Positions 9,798 through 18,899 of a DNA stretch of 64,000 nt are shown here, in pieces (position 1 is the first letter of the stretch; each line of letters begins with the position of its first letter). Location of the stretch: assembly GCA_036403095.1 (NCBI GenBank), contig DASWRQ010000080.1, positions 29,073-93,072 of the forward strand. The letters are read 5' to 3'. Origin of the DNA: Kutzneria sp. GTDB lineage: Bacteria > Actinomycetota > Actinomycetes > Mycobacteriales > Pseudonocardiaceae. The position numbers were made by a program, and so were the translations under genes. Below the pieces are notes generated by a model. It was not told the origin of the DNA, did no database searches, and saw nothing but the letters and a program-made list of their open reading frames with translations.

Positions 9798-10727
9798 ATG
9801 GCGACGCACGCGCACGCGCCCGGGACACCGCTGGACATGCCGCCTGACTCGTGGTGGGCGGCGCTGAAACGCACGGTGACGGCCATCCCGGAGAACCACC
9901 TGATGGACTGGGCGGCATCGCTGACCTACTACGCGGTGCTGTCGATCTTCCCGGGCCTGATCGTGATCACCGGCGCGGTCGGCCTGCTCGGGCCGGAAGC
10001 GACCAAGATGCTCACCGACAGCATCAATTCCGTGCCGATCGGCCAGGGCCGGGACCTGTTCGTCGGCGCGATCCAGAACGCGCACACTGGGGCCGGCCTG
10101 CTGGCGGTGATCGGTCTGCTCGGCGCGCTGTGGGCGGCCAGCGGCTACATCGGCGGCTTCATGCGGGCCAACAACGCCGTGTACGGCGTGGCCGAAGGCC
10201 GTCCACTGTGGAAGACGGTGCCGCTGCAACTCGGGCTGACCCTGGCGCTGATGGTGATGCTGGCCGTGTCGGCGCTGGGGCTGGCGGTGTCCGGGCCGAT
10301 CGCCGACCAGGTGGGGCAGTGGGTGGGCATCGGGTCCACCGGCCTGCTGATCTGGGGCATCGCCAAGTGGCCGGTGATCGTGATACTCGTCAGCCTGGCG
10401 ATCTGCCTGCTGTACTGGGCCGCGCCGAACGTGCGCCAGCCCAAGCCGCGGTTCCTCTGGCTGACCGCCGGCAGCGTGCTCGCGGTGCTGCTCTGGCTGA
10501 TCGCCTCGGTGGGCTTCGCGATCTACGTCGCGAATTTCGCATCCTACAACAAGACCTACGGCACCCTAGCTGGGGTGATCGTGTTTCTGGTTTGGCTGTG
10601 GATCAGTAACCTGGCGGTGCTGCTCGGCGCCGCCTTCGACGCCGAGCTGGCACGCGGCCGGCAGCTCGCCGTCGGGGAACCGGCCGACCACGAACCGTTC
10701 CTCGACCCCAGGGAGGCCGCCGAGTGA
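9798..10727 (+). CDS. YihY/virulence factor BrkB family membrane protein
   Basis: AASLTYYAVLSIFP, LYWAAPN, YNKTYGTLAGVIVFLVWLW. Confidence 0.92.
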   Translation: MATHAHAPGTPLDMPPDSWWAALKRTVTAIPENHLMDWAASLTYYAVLSIFPGLIVITGAVGLLGPEATKMLTDSINSVPIGQGRDLFVGAIQNAHTGAGLLAVIGLLGALWAASGYIGGFMRANNAVYGVAEGRPLWKTVPLQLGLTLALMVMLAVSALGLAVSGPIADQVGQWVGIGSTGLLIWGIAKWPVIVILVSLAICLLYWAAPNVRQPKPRFLWLTAGSVLAVLLWLIASVGFAIYVANFASYNKTYGTLAGVIVFLVWLWISNLAVLLGAAFDAELARGRQLAVGEPADHEPFLDPREAAE

Positions 10728-11344
10728 GGCTGCGAGCCGCGCCACGCGACACCCGGTTCTACGACCTGCTCACCGCGTCCGCCCGCAACATCGGCGACGC
10801 GGTGGCGGTCCTCGACCAGTTCGTCCGCGCCGACGTCGCCGACCGGGATCCGCTCGCGCAGCAGATGCGCCGGCTGGAACACGTCGGGGACGACCACACG
10901 CACGCGATCATCGAGCTGATCGACGTCACGTTCGTGACCCCCTTCGACCGCGAGGACATCTACCGGCTGGCGGTCCGGCTGGACGACGTCGTCGACTACG
11001 TGGACGAGGTGGTCGACCTGTCCACCCTCTACGGCTGCGAGCAGTTCCCGGACGGGGTGTTCGAACAGGTGGCGCTGCTGGGGAAGGCCGCCGCGCTGAC
11101 CACCGAGGCGATGCCCAAGCTGCGCACCCCCAAGGAGCTCGTGCCGTACTGGCAGCAGGTCAGCCAGGTGGAGAACGACGCGGACCAGGTGCACCGGCGG
11201 CTGCTGAGCCTGCTGTTCGGCGGCGAGTACGAGCCGCTGACGGTGATGAAGCTCAAGGACCTGGTGGACGGCCTGGAGTCGGCCGCGGATGCCTTCGAGC
11301 ACGCGGCCGACGTCATGCACACGATCGCCGTCAAGGAGAGCTGA
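10724..11344 (+). CDS. DUF47 (PhoU-like) phosphate transport accessory protein
   Basis: TFVTPFDREDIY, ENDAD; adjacent to the Pit transporter. Confidence 0.9.
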   Translation: MRLRAAPRDTRFYDLLTASARNIGDAVAVLDQFVRADVADRDPLAQQMRRLEHVGDDHTHAIIELIDVTFVTPFDREDIYRLAVRLDDVVDYVDEVVDLSTLYGCEQFPDGVFEQVALLGKAAALTTEAMPKLRTPKELVPYWQQVSQVENDADQVHRRLLSLLFGGEYEPLTVMKLKDLVDGLESAADAFEHAADVMHTIAVKES

Positions 11345-11346
11345 GG

Positions 11347-12336
11347 GTGCTCGGCCTCTGGGTGGTGGTGGCCCTCGCCCTGGTGTTCAACTACACGAAC
11401 GGTTTCCACGACGCGGCCAACGCCGTGGCCACGGCCGTGTCCACCCGCGCCATGCCGTTGCGGTGGGCGCTGGCGATGGGCGCGGCAATGAACCTGATCG
11501 GGGCGCTGCTGTCGACCGGTGTCGCGGTGACCGTCGCCGACGGGGTGATCACGCCGCCGAACGGGTCCAACGGGCTCGCCGTCGTGCTGGCCGCGGTGGT
11601 GGGCGCGATCGTCTGGAACATCGCGACCTGGTACTTCGGGTTGCCGTCCTCGTCCTCGCACGCCCTGATCGGCGGCCTGGTCGGCGCGGCGCTGGCCGCC
11701 TCGAGCGTGGTGCACTGGACCGGCGTGATCGACAAGGTGATCATTCCGATGATCATCTCGCCGCTGGTCGGGCTGGTGCTCGGCTACCTGGTCATGACGG
11801 CCATGCTGTGGGCGTTCCGCCGCGTCAACGCGCACAAGGTGCGGCGGGGGTTCCGCCGGGCCCAGATCGTGTCCGCGGCCGCGCTCGCGTTGGGCCACGG
11901 GCTCCAGGACGCGCAGAAGTCCATGGGCGTGATCGTGCTGGCGCTGGCCGTGTCGGGCGTGGGGCAGGGCCACACGGTGCCGTTGTGGGTGGTGTTGTCG
12001 TGCGCCGGGGCGATGGCCCTGGGCAGTTACTCCGGTGGCCTGCGGGTGATGCGGACGCTGGGCCGTCGAGTGTTCCCGATGACGCCGCCGCACGGCTTCG
12101 CGGCCGAGCTGTCCGGTGCGGCCGTGCTGTACGTGACGGCGTTCGCCTGGGCGGCGCCGATCTCGACCACGCACGTGATCACCACGGCGATCATGGGCGT
12201 CGGCGCGACCCGGCGGCCGTCGGCGGTGCGCTGGGGCATCGCCGGGGACATCGTCACCGGCTGGGTGCTGACCCTGCCCGCCGCCGCGCTCGTGGCCGCG
12301 CTCGTGTACTGGCCCGCGAGCCTCGTCCTCGGGTGA
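11347..12336 (+). CDS. Inorganic phosphate transporter (PiT family)
   Basis: NGFHDAANAVAT, GLPSSSSHALIG, HGLQDAQKSMG, PISTTH. Confidence 0.93.
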   Translation: MLGLWVVVALALVFNYTNGFHDAANAVATAVSTRAMPLRWALAMGAAMNLIGALLSTGVAVTVADGVITPPNGSNGLAVVLAAVVGAIVWNIATWYFGLPSSSSHALIGGLVGAALAASSVVHWTGVIDKVIIPMIISPLVGLVLGYLVMTAMLWAFRRVNAHKVRRGFRRAQIVSAAALALGHGLQDAQKSMGVIVLALAVSGVGQGHTVPLWVVLSCAGAMALGSYSGGLRVMRTLGRRVFPMTPPHGFAAELSGAAVLYVTAFAWAAPISTTHVITTAIMGVGATRRPSAVRWGIAGDIVTGWVLTLPAAALVAALVYWPASLVLG

Positions 12337-12426
12337 GGCACGCCCCGGCTGATTCGGGTTCTCGGGGGTGATTCGGGATCGCCGCGCCGGGGTATTCCGG
12401 TGCCAACCCGAAGAGAGGTGGTTCTC

Positions 12427-12906
12427 GTGGACACCGGAACGGTGTACTACCTGGTCGCCGGCGTCATCGCCATCGTCGTCGTGGGACGGCTGCTCGCCTT
12501 CAGCGGGAAGCGCTACCTGGCCGGCGCCACGGTCGCCGCGCCGGAACGCGAGTCCGCCGGCTCGGTGGCGATGCTGGTGTCGATGCTGTTCCACCTGGTC
12601 ACGCTGGGGCTGCTCGCGCTGCTGGCGGCGATTCCGTTCGGCGGCGACCTGACCCAGGTCTTCCTGGTGCGGATCGGCCTGCTGCTGATCCTGGTGGCCG
12701 TCGCCTACGCGATCGCGCTGCGCATGCTGACCCGGCGCAAGCAGGAGGAAGTGGTCTCCGGCTTCGACGCGCAGGTGCGGGAGCTCAGGCACGAGCGGGA
12801 GCACCCGAACGGCTACGCGGTGACCAACGACCCGTCCGCCGGCATGGCGCCGCAGCCCGCGCCGGAGCCGACGCTCGGCGAGCCCCGTCCCCGGCCCCGG
12901 GCCTGA
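12427..12906 (+). CDS. Hypothetical three-TM membrane protein
   Basis: Hydrophobic ORF; promoter GATT-N16-GGGTAT (12370-12395) and RBS gagg; start could also be 12400. Confidence 0.7.
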   Translation: MDTGTVYYLVAGVIAIVVVGRLLAFSGKRYLAGATVAAPERESAGSVAMLVSMLFHLVTLGLLALLAAIPFGGDLTQVFLVRIGLLLILVAVAYAIALRMLTRRKQEEVVSGFDAQVRELRHEREHPNGYAVTNDPSAGMAPQPAPEPTLGEPRPRPRA

Positions 12907-12969
12907 CGATTCCGGCCCTGACCGGGGCTCTGACGGTTGTGGCCCGTGGAACGTTGTGGCCGGGCGGTT

Positions 12970-13974
12970 TCAGCGCGGCACGAGCGGGGGAGTCGGTGCG
13001 CCGGCTCCCTCCGCCAGTCCCCGCAGCAGCGCGGTGACGGCCTCCTGGGCCGAGTGCTCGGGCTGCCAGCCGAGTTCGGTCGACGCACGTGTGGTGTCCA
13101 TCTCCGGCACCGACAGCGCTAGGTCGAGCCACCCCGGCTCGGTCGGCTGGAGCCGCAGCCGCCAACTCGTCGCCGCGAGCGCGCGCAGGGCGCCGGCCGG
13201 CATCGGAATGTGCAGGGCGCCGGTCAGCCGCGCAAGCTTGCGCGGCGTGAGCGGCGGCGGCGCGGCCAGGTTGATCGCGCCGGAGACGTTGCCCCGCAAC
13301 GCCAGCACGATGGCGCGGGCGACGTCGCTCGAATGCACGAACTGGAGCTTGAGGTGACTGGGCAACGGCAGCAGCCGCAACTTGGCCCGGGCCGCCAGGT
13401 CGAACAGGGCCGGCGGCGCGAGCTGGCCGATGAAGTAGCGCTGGATCTCGCTGGCCGCGGCGTGCTGGAGCACGAGACCGGGACGGAAGCGAGTGACCGT
13501 CAGCTCCGGGTCGCCGGCCGCCACCAGGTCGAGCATGCGCTCCACGGCGGCCTTCTGGCTGCTGTACGTCGACGAGGGCACGCCGTCGGTCGGCCAGGAC
13601 TCGTCGACCGCCTTGTCCTCGGGACCGGGGGAGTAGGCGCCGACCGAGGACAGGTACACCAACTGCCGCACGCCGGACGCGAGGGCGGCCTCGAACACGC
13701 GACGGCTGCCGTCCACATTGGTCCGGGCCAGCCGCGGGATGTTCCGGCTGGGCTGGAGCAGCCAGGCCAGGTGCACGACGGCGTCGGCGGCCTCGAAAGC
13801 CGCCCGCAGCAGCACATCGGAGTCGGCGCGGGAGATGTCGATCTCATGCCAGGGGATCTCCACCGCCGGCGCGCGCCGCGAGACTCCGACCACGTCGAAG
13901 TCGGGAGAACCGGCCATCGCATGCAGCAAGGCGGTTCCGATGTTGCCGGAACCGCCGACCACCACGACTCGCAT
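12970..13974 (-). CDS. NAD-dependent epimerase/dehydratase
   Basis: VVVGGSGNIG, VVHLAW, SSVGAY, YSSQKAAVE. Confidence 0.9.
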   Translation of the reverse strand: MRVVVVGGSGNIGTALLHAMAGSPDFDVVGVSRRAPAVEIPWHEIDISRADSDVLLRAAFEAADAVVHLAWLLQPSRNIPRLARTNVDGSRRVFEAALASGVRQLVYLSSVGAYSPGPEDKAVDESWPTDGVPSSTYSSQKAAVERMLDLVAAGDPELTVTRFRPGLVLQHAAASEIQRYFIGQLAPPALFDLAARAKLRLLPLPSHLKLQFVHSSDVARAIVLALRGNVSGAINLAAPPPLTPRKLARLTGALHIPMPAGALRALAATSWRLRLQPTEPGWLDLALSVPEMDTTRASTELGWQPEHSAQEAVTALLRGLAEGAGAPTPPLVPR

Positions 13975-13980
13975 CGTGCG

Positions 13981-14157
13981 TCACTCCTCGGGCGCGAGGC
14001 CGTCGTCCGCGCGCAGCCCGAGCATGTCCAGCAGCTCCGCGCACTGCTCGGCGTTGTCGGCCCGGCTGGCGATGTGCCGGGCGGCGCGCCGCCGCTGCTC
14101 GGGCGGGTTGCCGTCCAGCACGATGGACGGGCGGGCCGGGTTCTTGGTGAGCGCCAT
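13981..14157 (-). CDS. Small hypothetical protein (58 aa)
   Basis: RBS gaggagg upstream; fills the gap between the flavodoxin and epimerase genes; ...AARHIASRADNAEQCAELLDMLGL. Confidence 0.65.
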   Translation of the reverse strand: MALTKNPARPSIVLDGNPPEQRRRAARHIASRADNAEQCAELLDMLGLRADDGLAPEE

Positions 14158-14170
14158 CGGGGCTGCCTCC

Positions 14171-14785
14171 TCAGGCCGGGTACGGGTTCTCACGCAGCAC
14201 CCGCGCCAGGTGGGCGGCGTTGCTCGCGAGCTGCTTGGTGGTGTCGGCGACCTGCTCCGGCACCTCGTCGAGATCCTTGAAGTCGGTGCCGTGCATGGCC
14301 TCGCCGACCCAGTAGGTGACGCCGCCGGCCGGAATGGTGAAGCCGATGTCGTCCAGCGCCTGGAACAGGTCGGCGCTGACCTTGTGCGCGCCGTCCTCGT
14401 TGCCGACCACGGCGACCGTCGCGACCTTGTTGTACATGTGCGGCCGGCCGCTGTCGTCGGTCTCGGAAAGCTCGCCGTCCAGCCGTTCCAGCACCCGCTG
14501 GGCGATGCTCGACGGGTGCCCGAGCCAGATCGGCGTGGCCAGCAGCAGGATGTCCGACTCCAGCAGCCGGGACCGGATCGCCGGCCACACGTCGCCCTCG
14601 CCCATGTCCACCGCGACGCCGGGCTTCACCTCCTGGTCGACGACCCGGATGATCTCGCCCTTGACGCCGTGGGCCGCGAACTGGTCCAGCACCAGCTGGG
14701 CGAGCAGGTCGCTGCTGGACGCGGCCGGTGACGGCGTGAGCGTGCAGACCAGGGCAAGCACCCGCACTTCCTTAGCTGTGGCCAT
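14171..14785 (-). CDS. Flavodoxin-family / NAD(P)H-dependent FMN reductase
   Basis: LVCTLTPSPAASSS, ATPIWLGHPSS, VGNEDGAH. Confidence 0.88.
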   Translation of the reverse strand: MATAKEVRVLALVCTLTPSPAASSSDLLAQLVLDQFAAHGVKGEIIRVVDQEVKPGVAVDMGEGDVWPAIRSRLLESDILLLATPIWLGHPSSIAQRVLERLDGELSETDDSGRPHMYNKVATVAVVGNEDGAHKVSADLFQALDDIGFTIPAGGVTYWVGEAMHGTDFKDLDEVPEQVADTTKQLASNAAHLARVLRENPYPA

Positions 14786-14793
14786 GCCGACGG

Positions 14794-14818
14794 CTACCCG
14801 AGCCGATCGAAGCCAAAC
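14794..14818 (-). promoter_or_regulatory. SigB/SigF-type promoter (flavodoxin gene)
   Basis: GTTT-N15-GGGTAG, 8 nt before the ATG. Confidence 0.7.
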
Positions 14819-14872
14819 TGGCCCAACCCCCGCGAGTCGCGCTCTCCGGCACACCGAATGCCGATTTCCGGC

Positions 14873-14984
14873 ACATTCGAATGTCACATGCGCGTCGTAG
14901 TCGCCGCTACGCGTCACATGCGGACCGCATGTGACGGGGGGAGGAGGGAGAGGGGAGGGGGTTGCGGGGGGGGTGTGGGGGTAG
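14873..14984. promoter_or_regulatory. Operator-like repeats plus a G-run tract containing a SigB-type promoter
   Basis: gtcacatgcg at 14883 and 14913; inverted repeat 14912-14936; six G-runs 14936-14981; GGTT(14960)-N15-GGGTAG(14979-14984). Confidence 0.55.
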
Positions 14985-15060
14985 TCCGCTGGCATGCTTG
15001 ATGACCGGCCATCGCTGCGGATTCCTGGGCACGAGACGCCGACACCTGAGGTGGTGGACC

Positions 15061-15723
15061 ATGGCTGATGAACCTCGGACCCAGGTGACGCTGCGGCCCT
15101 ATGCGAGCCCGCTGCCGCTCGGGTTTCTCTCCTTCGCCGTCGGCATGGCGCTGATCGCTGGTGTCGCCCTGCGCTGGCTGGGACAGGGCGACCTCACGAC
15201 CGTCGGCGTGATCATGGCGCTTTTCGTGTTCCCGCTCCAGCTCATGTCGACCATCTTCGCCATGCTGACCAGGGACACCGCGGCGGCGACGGCGCTGGGC
15301 CTGTACTCGACGTCATGGCTCGCCACCGGCGTGCTCTACGTCCTCGAACCGGGCCAGCAGACCAGCCGTGCGCTGGGCCTGTATCTCGCGGCATTCACCG
15401 TGGTGCTGATACCGCTGGCCGTCGGCGCGCTGTTCGGCAAGGCCCTGCTGGCTATCGTGCTGACCGTTTCGGCGGCCCGCGCCGGTTTTCAGGCGGCCTA
15501 CCAGTTCGGTGCGGCCCACTGGACCGACACCGTCAGCGGCGTCGTGGCCGGCCTGCTGGTCGTGCTGGGCTGCTACGCCGGCGTCGTGTTCATGGTCGAG
15601 GACTTCCGCGGCAGCAGCGGGCTCATGCTGCGCCGCGGACCCGCCCGCCAGGCGTTGACGGACGGGCCGCACGACCAGTTCACCGAGCCGCCGCACGAGC
15701 CGGGCGTCCGGCCCCAGCTCTGA
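15061..15723 (+). CDS. GPR1/FUN34/YaaH-family (acetate channel-like) membrane protein
   Basis: LRPYASPLPLGFLSF N-terminal motif, about six TM segments, RBS gaggtg. Confidence 0.75.
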   Translation: MADEPRTQVTLRPYASPLPLGFLSFAVGMALIAGVALRWLGQGDLTTVGVIMALFVFPLQLMSTIFAMLTRDTAAATALGLYSTSWLATGVLYVLEPGQQTSRALGLYLAAFTVVLIPLAVGALFGKALLAIVLTVSAARAGFQAAYQFGAAHWTDTVSGVVAGLLVVLGCYAGVVFMVEDFRGSSGLMLRRGPARQALTDGPHDQFTEPPHEPGVRPQL

Positions 15724-15757
15724 CGGCCCGAGCTCTGACGGCTTCAGCTCTGACGGC
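15716..15757. repeat. agctctgacggc x3 with 15-bp period at a convergent junction
   Basis: Copies at 15716, 15731 and 15746; the array spans both stop codons. Confidence 0.8.
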
Positions 15758-16289
15758 CACGGGGGTCCGGACGCGGCGAGTCCAGCGCCGGATTGAAACC
15801 GTCACGCTGGGCCGCCTCGGTCGCCACCCGAACCCCGTACCGGTAGGCCAGCATGCCGCCCAGGTACCCCGAGACGCCGAGGATCGCGAGCAGCACGACG
15901 TCCGAAATGACCGTCCAAGTGCGGGAGTCGTTGAACTGCCCCAGGAAGCGCAGATAGAAGCTCACGGCCCAGCACGCGAGCACGAACACGTTGAGCACCA
16001 TGTGCACGGCCGCGACCCGATAGGCGGGATCGCCCCGGCGCAGGCGGGTGAAGTCGAGCAGCCCCAGCAGGGCGGCGAGCAGCGCGCCGGCGATGCCGAT
16101 GCCGATCAGCCACACCGCGCCGAGCTCCAGGAAGCCCGGCGGCCGCACGAACAACGCCCCGACGTCGAACACCAGCGCGCACGTCCAGGCCCCGATGGGC
16201 ACCGTGACGGCGATGGGGTGGAACGGATGGCCGTACGGTCCGGCCAACACGGTGCGGGGACGCTTGGCCGCGTCCATTGCCGTATGCAT
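15744..16289 (-). CDS. DUF2231-domain membrane protein
   Basis: AGPYGHPFHPIAVTVPIGAW...HMVLN...SGYLGGMLAYRYGVRV. Confidence 0.85.
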   Translation of the reverse strand: MHTAMDAAKRPRTVLAGPYGHPFHPIAVTVPIGAWTCALVFDVGALFVRPPGFLELGAVWLIGIGIAGALLAALLGLLDFTRLRRGDPAYRVAAVHMVLNVFVLACWAVSFYLRFLGQFNDSRTWTVISDVVLLAILGVSGYLGGMLAYRYGVRVATEAAQRDGFNPALDSPRPDPRGRQS

Positions 16290-16303
16290 GACACACCTCC
16301 GGT

Positions 16304-16534
16304 TCAGGAGACGTCGAGCACGGTCTTGAGCCAGCCCTCTTCGCGCCGGTCGAGACTGCGGCGCGCCTCAATGGCCGATGCCGGCTCCGCCCGCCGGGTG
16401 CTCAGGGCCGACGGGTCGACCGTGCCGGCGGCGACCAGGTCCATCAGCTTCGGCAGGTAGCGACGGTGGTTGCAGTTGCCGAGCTTGACGGTCAGGTTCT
16501 TGTCCCCGATGTCGTGCCACACGACTGCCTGCAT
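16304..16534 (-). pseudogene. Zinc alcohol/formaldehyde dehydrogenase remnant with a large in-frame internal deletion
   Basis: N-terminus MQAVVWHDIGD joined directly to C-terminus KNLTVKLGNCNHRRYLPKL...DRREEGWLKTVLD; 76 aa. Confidence 0.75.
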
Positions 16535-16574
16535 CGTCGGCGCTCCAGGTTGTAGCCGGTGTTTCGACCGGCGA

Positions 16575-16626
16575 GTACCCGGGTGACCTGCGCACAAACG
16601 CGTTTCGCGGCCGCGCGGGCGGCAAT
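16575..16626. promoter_or_regulatory. Back-to-back SigB/SigF-type promoters (ADH remnant-DUF2231 / AI-2E)
   Basis: Minus GTTT-N15-GGGTAC; plus GTTT-N15-GGCAAT; central palindrome aaacgcgttt. Confidence 0.7.
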
Positions 16627-16634
16627 CCGGGAGC

Positions 16635-17762
16635 ATGGCGGCGTCTCCCTCTCGCGGCCGGCTGCCGGTGCTCAGCTCCGGTCTGCTCGGCCGGGCGACC
16701 GTGCGCGCGTTTCAGATCCTGGTCATCTTCGGCGCGTTGTGGGCGCTGAGCATGGTCGCGGCGCAGCTCAGCATCGTGGTCATTCCGCTGGCCGTGGCGA
16801 TGCTGCTGGCCGCCCTGCTCGCGCCGCTGGCCGGCTGGCTGCGGCGGCACGGCTGGCCCCGTGTGCCGGCCGTGCTGGTGGCCCTGCTGACGGGACTCGT
16901 CGTGGTCGGCGGGCTGGTCACGTTCATCGCCGTCTCGGTCGCCTCGGACTGGCAGGAGCTGGGTTCCCGCCTCACCCAGGGCATAGACCAGACGCATGGG
17001 TGGCTGGTGCACGGTCCGTTGCACCTGGACGACCGGGAGCTGACCCAGGTCTTCGACCAGCTGCGGTCCTGGGTGGACAGTCACCGGGACGTCGTGGCGA
17101 GCACCGCTCTGAACACCGTGGCGGCGGTCGCCGAAGTGGGGGCCGGCGTCCTGCTGACGCTGTTCATGCTGATCGTCTTCCTGTACGACGGCGAGCGGGT
17201 GTGGCAGCACGTCGTCGCGCTGTGGCCGGAACGGACCGCCGACCGCATGGACCGCGCGGGGCGGGCCGCCTTCGACGCGCTGGTGCGGTTCGTGCGCACG
17301 ACCGGGCTGGTCGCGCTGATCGACGCGATCGCCATCGGCATCGGACTGGCGCTGCTGCACGTGCCGCTCGTCGTGCCGCTGGCGGCGCTGGTGTTCCTGG
17401 GCGCCTTCGTGCCGTACGTCGGGGCGTTCGCCTCGGGCGCGGCGGCGGTGGTGATGGGGCTGCTCGCCGGCGGGCCGCTGACCGCGCTGCTGGTGCTGGC
17501 CGTCGTGGTCGGCGTGCAGCAGCTGGAGGGCAACGTGCTGCATCCGTTGCTGACCGGGAACTTCGTCCGGCTGCATCCGCTGGTGGTGGTGGTCGTGGTC
17601 ACCATCGGCGCGGCCGAGGCCGGCGTCGTCGGCGCGCTGCTGGCCGTGCCGGTGACGGCCTGCGTGGACGCCGGGGTGCGGGCCGTCAGGAGTCCGGCCT
17701 CAACGGAGACCGAACCAGAAGTCAGGAGTCCGGCTTCAACACCGGAGACCGAACCAGAATGA
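16635..17762 (+). CDS. AI-2E family transporter
   Basis: FLYDG, FVPYVG, QQLEGNVLHP, GALLAVP. Confidence 0.9.
   Translation: MAASPSRGRLPVLSSGLLGRATVRAFQILVIFGALWALSMVAAQLSIVVIPLAVAMLLAALLAPLAGWLRRHGWPRVPAVLVALLTGLVVVGGLVTFIAVSVASDWQELGSRLTQGIDQTHGWLVHGPLHLDDRELTQVFDQLRSWVDSHRDVVASTALNTVAAVAEVGAGVLLTLFMLIVFLYDGERVWQHVVALWPERTADRMDRAGRAAFDALVRFVRTTGLVALIDAIAIGIGLALLHVPLVVPLAALVFLGAFVPYVGAFASGAAAVVMGLLAGGPLTALLVLAVVVGVQQLEGNVLHPLLTGNFVRLHPLVVVVVVTIGAAEAGVVGALLAVPVTACVDAGVRAVRSPASTETEPEVRSPASTPETEPE
17685..17759. repeat. 36/39-bp tandem duplication at the AI-2E/DMT convergent junction
   Basis: gtcaggagtccggc...ggagaccgaaccagaa at 17685-17720 and 17721-17759. Confidence 0.85.
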
Positions 17763-18561
17763 GGGTGCCGGCGCCGATCAGCGCCGCGCCGAGGATCTCG
17801 CCGGCCAGCCAGCCGCCGCCGCGGGCGTGCTCGCCGAACACCGTGAAGCCCCAGGCCATGGCCACCAGCGGATTGCTCAACGTCATGCCCGGCTGGGACG
17901 CCACGAGCTCGCCGGCCTGCAAGGTGTTCTGCAGCAGGAAGAACGACGCCGGGCCGATCACCACCACCGCGTAGGTCTGCCACGTCACGAGCAGGACCCC
18001 GACCCCGGCCGCCCCCACGGCGGCCACCAGCACCGCCGTGGTGCCGAACCCGACCCCGGTGGCCAGCCCCAGCAGCGCCGCCTGACGCCCGCCCTTCGTC
18101 CGGCGGCCGGCCACGGTCAACGCGCCCATCAGCACCAGACTCGCCGCCAGGCCGACGATCCAGGCCCACAGCGGGGCCCGCAGCGGCTGGCCGCCGGTCG
18201 GTTCGAGGCAGTACGAGAACACCGCCAGCCCCACCGCCATCGCCAGCACCGCCCACCAGTCGCGGGCCGCGATCGACCGCCGGAACACCAGCGAGGCCAA
18301 CACCAGCGTCATCGGCAGCTCGCTGATCAACAGCGGCTGCACCACCGACACCGGGCTCAATGCCAGGGCGACCGCCTGCAGCGCGAAGCCCAGCACCACC
18401 GCGCCGATCCCGGCCAGCCACACCGGTCTGCGCACCAGGTCCCACAGCATCCGGACGGAGAACGCCACCTCCGCGGGCTCGTCGCGGTCCGCCTTGCGCT
18501 GCAACACCGAGGCCGTCGCGTTCATCGCCGAGGCCAACACCGCCAGCAGGACACCAACCAT
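17722..18561 (-). CDS. DMT-family transporter
   Basis: ASVLQRK, RPVWLAG, SPVSVVQPL, SQPGMTLSNP; GGGTAT 8 nt upstream. Confidence 0.87.
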   Translation of the reverse strand: MVGVLLAVLASAMNATASVLQRKADRDEPAEVAFSVRMLWDLVRRPVWLAGIGAVVLGFALQAVALALSPVSVVQPLLISELPMTLVLASLVFRRSIAARDWWAVLAMAVGLAVFSYCLEPTGGQPLRAPLWAWIVGLAASLVLMGALTVAGRRTKGGRQAALLGLATGVGFGTTAVLVAAVGAAGVGVLLVTWQTYAVVVIGPASFFLLQNTLQAGELVASQPGMTLSNPLVAMAWGFTVFGEHARGGGWLAGEILGAALIGAGTLILVRSPVLKPDS

Positions 18562-18569
18562 GGCCCCGG

Positions 18570-18612
18570 ATACCCCGGATTCACGGCGGTTGCGCACCCA
18601 CCCGCCGGGTAT
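18570..18612. promoter_or_regulatory. Divergent SigB/SigF-type promoters (DMT / hypothetical)
   Basis: Plus GGTT-N15-GGGTAT; minus GGGTAT with weak -35; each 8 nt before an ATG. Confidence 0.65.
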
Positions 18613-18620
18613 TCCAGGCC

Positions 18621-18890
18621 ATGACACGCATGCTTCCGGAGGACAGTGGTCCGACCGAGGTGGAATCGCCTGTGGACACTCCGCGCCTGAACGTCGGCAC
18701 GGGTGTCGTCTATTTCGATCCGGAGCCCTCCGTCGCGGACTTCTTCTGCCGTGCCACCGCCACCGGTCCGGAGATCATCGATCCCCGCACGCACGACTGG
18801 TGGGCGCCGGTGAGGTTGTCGGACGGGGCCGTCGACCTGCTCCCGTCCATCCTCATCGTGCGCGTCGACGACGGGAACACCGCTGTGTGA
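18621..18890 (+). CDS. Hypothetical protein (89 aa)
   Basis: ATG 8 nt after a consensus promoter; fills the intergenic gap. Confidence 0.6.
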   Translation: MTRMLPEDSGPTEVESPVDTPRLNVGTGVVYFDPEPSVADFFCRATATGPEIIDPRTHDWWAPVRLSDGAVDLLPSILIVRVDDGNTAV

Positions 18891-18899
18891 CCGGTGTCG

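Noticed and set aside
17685-17759. 36-bp repeat as a possible CRISPR repeat
   Set aside because: Two adjacent copies with no spacer and no cas genes; it duplicates a gene end.
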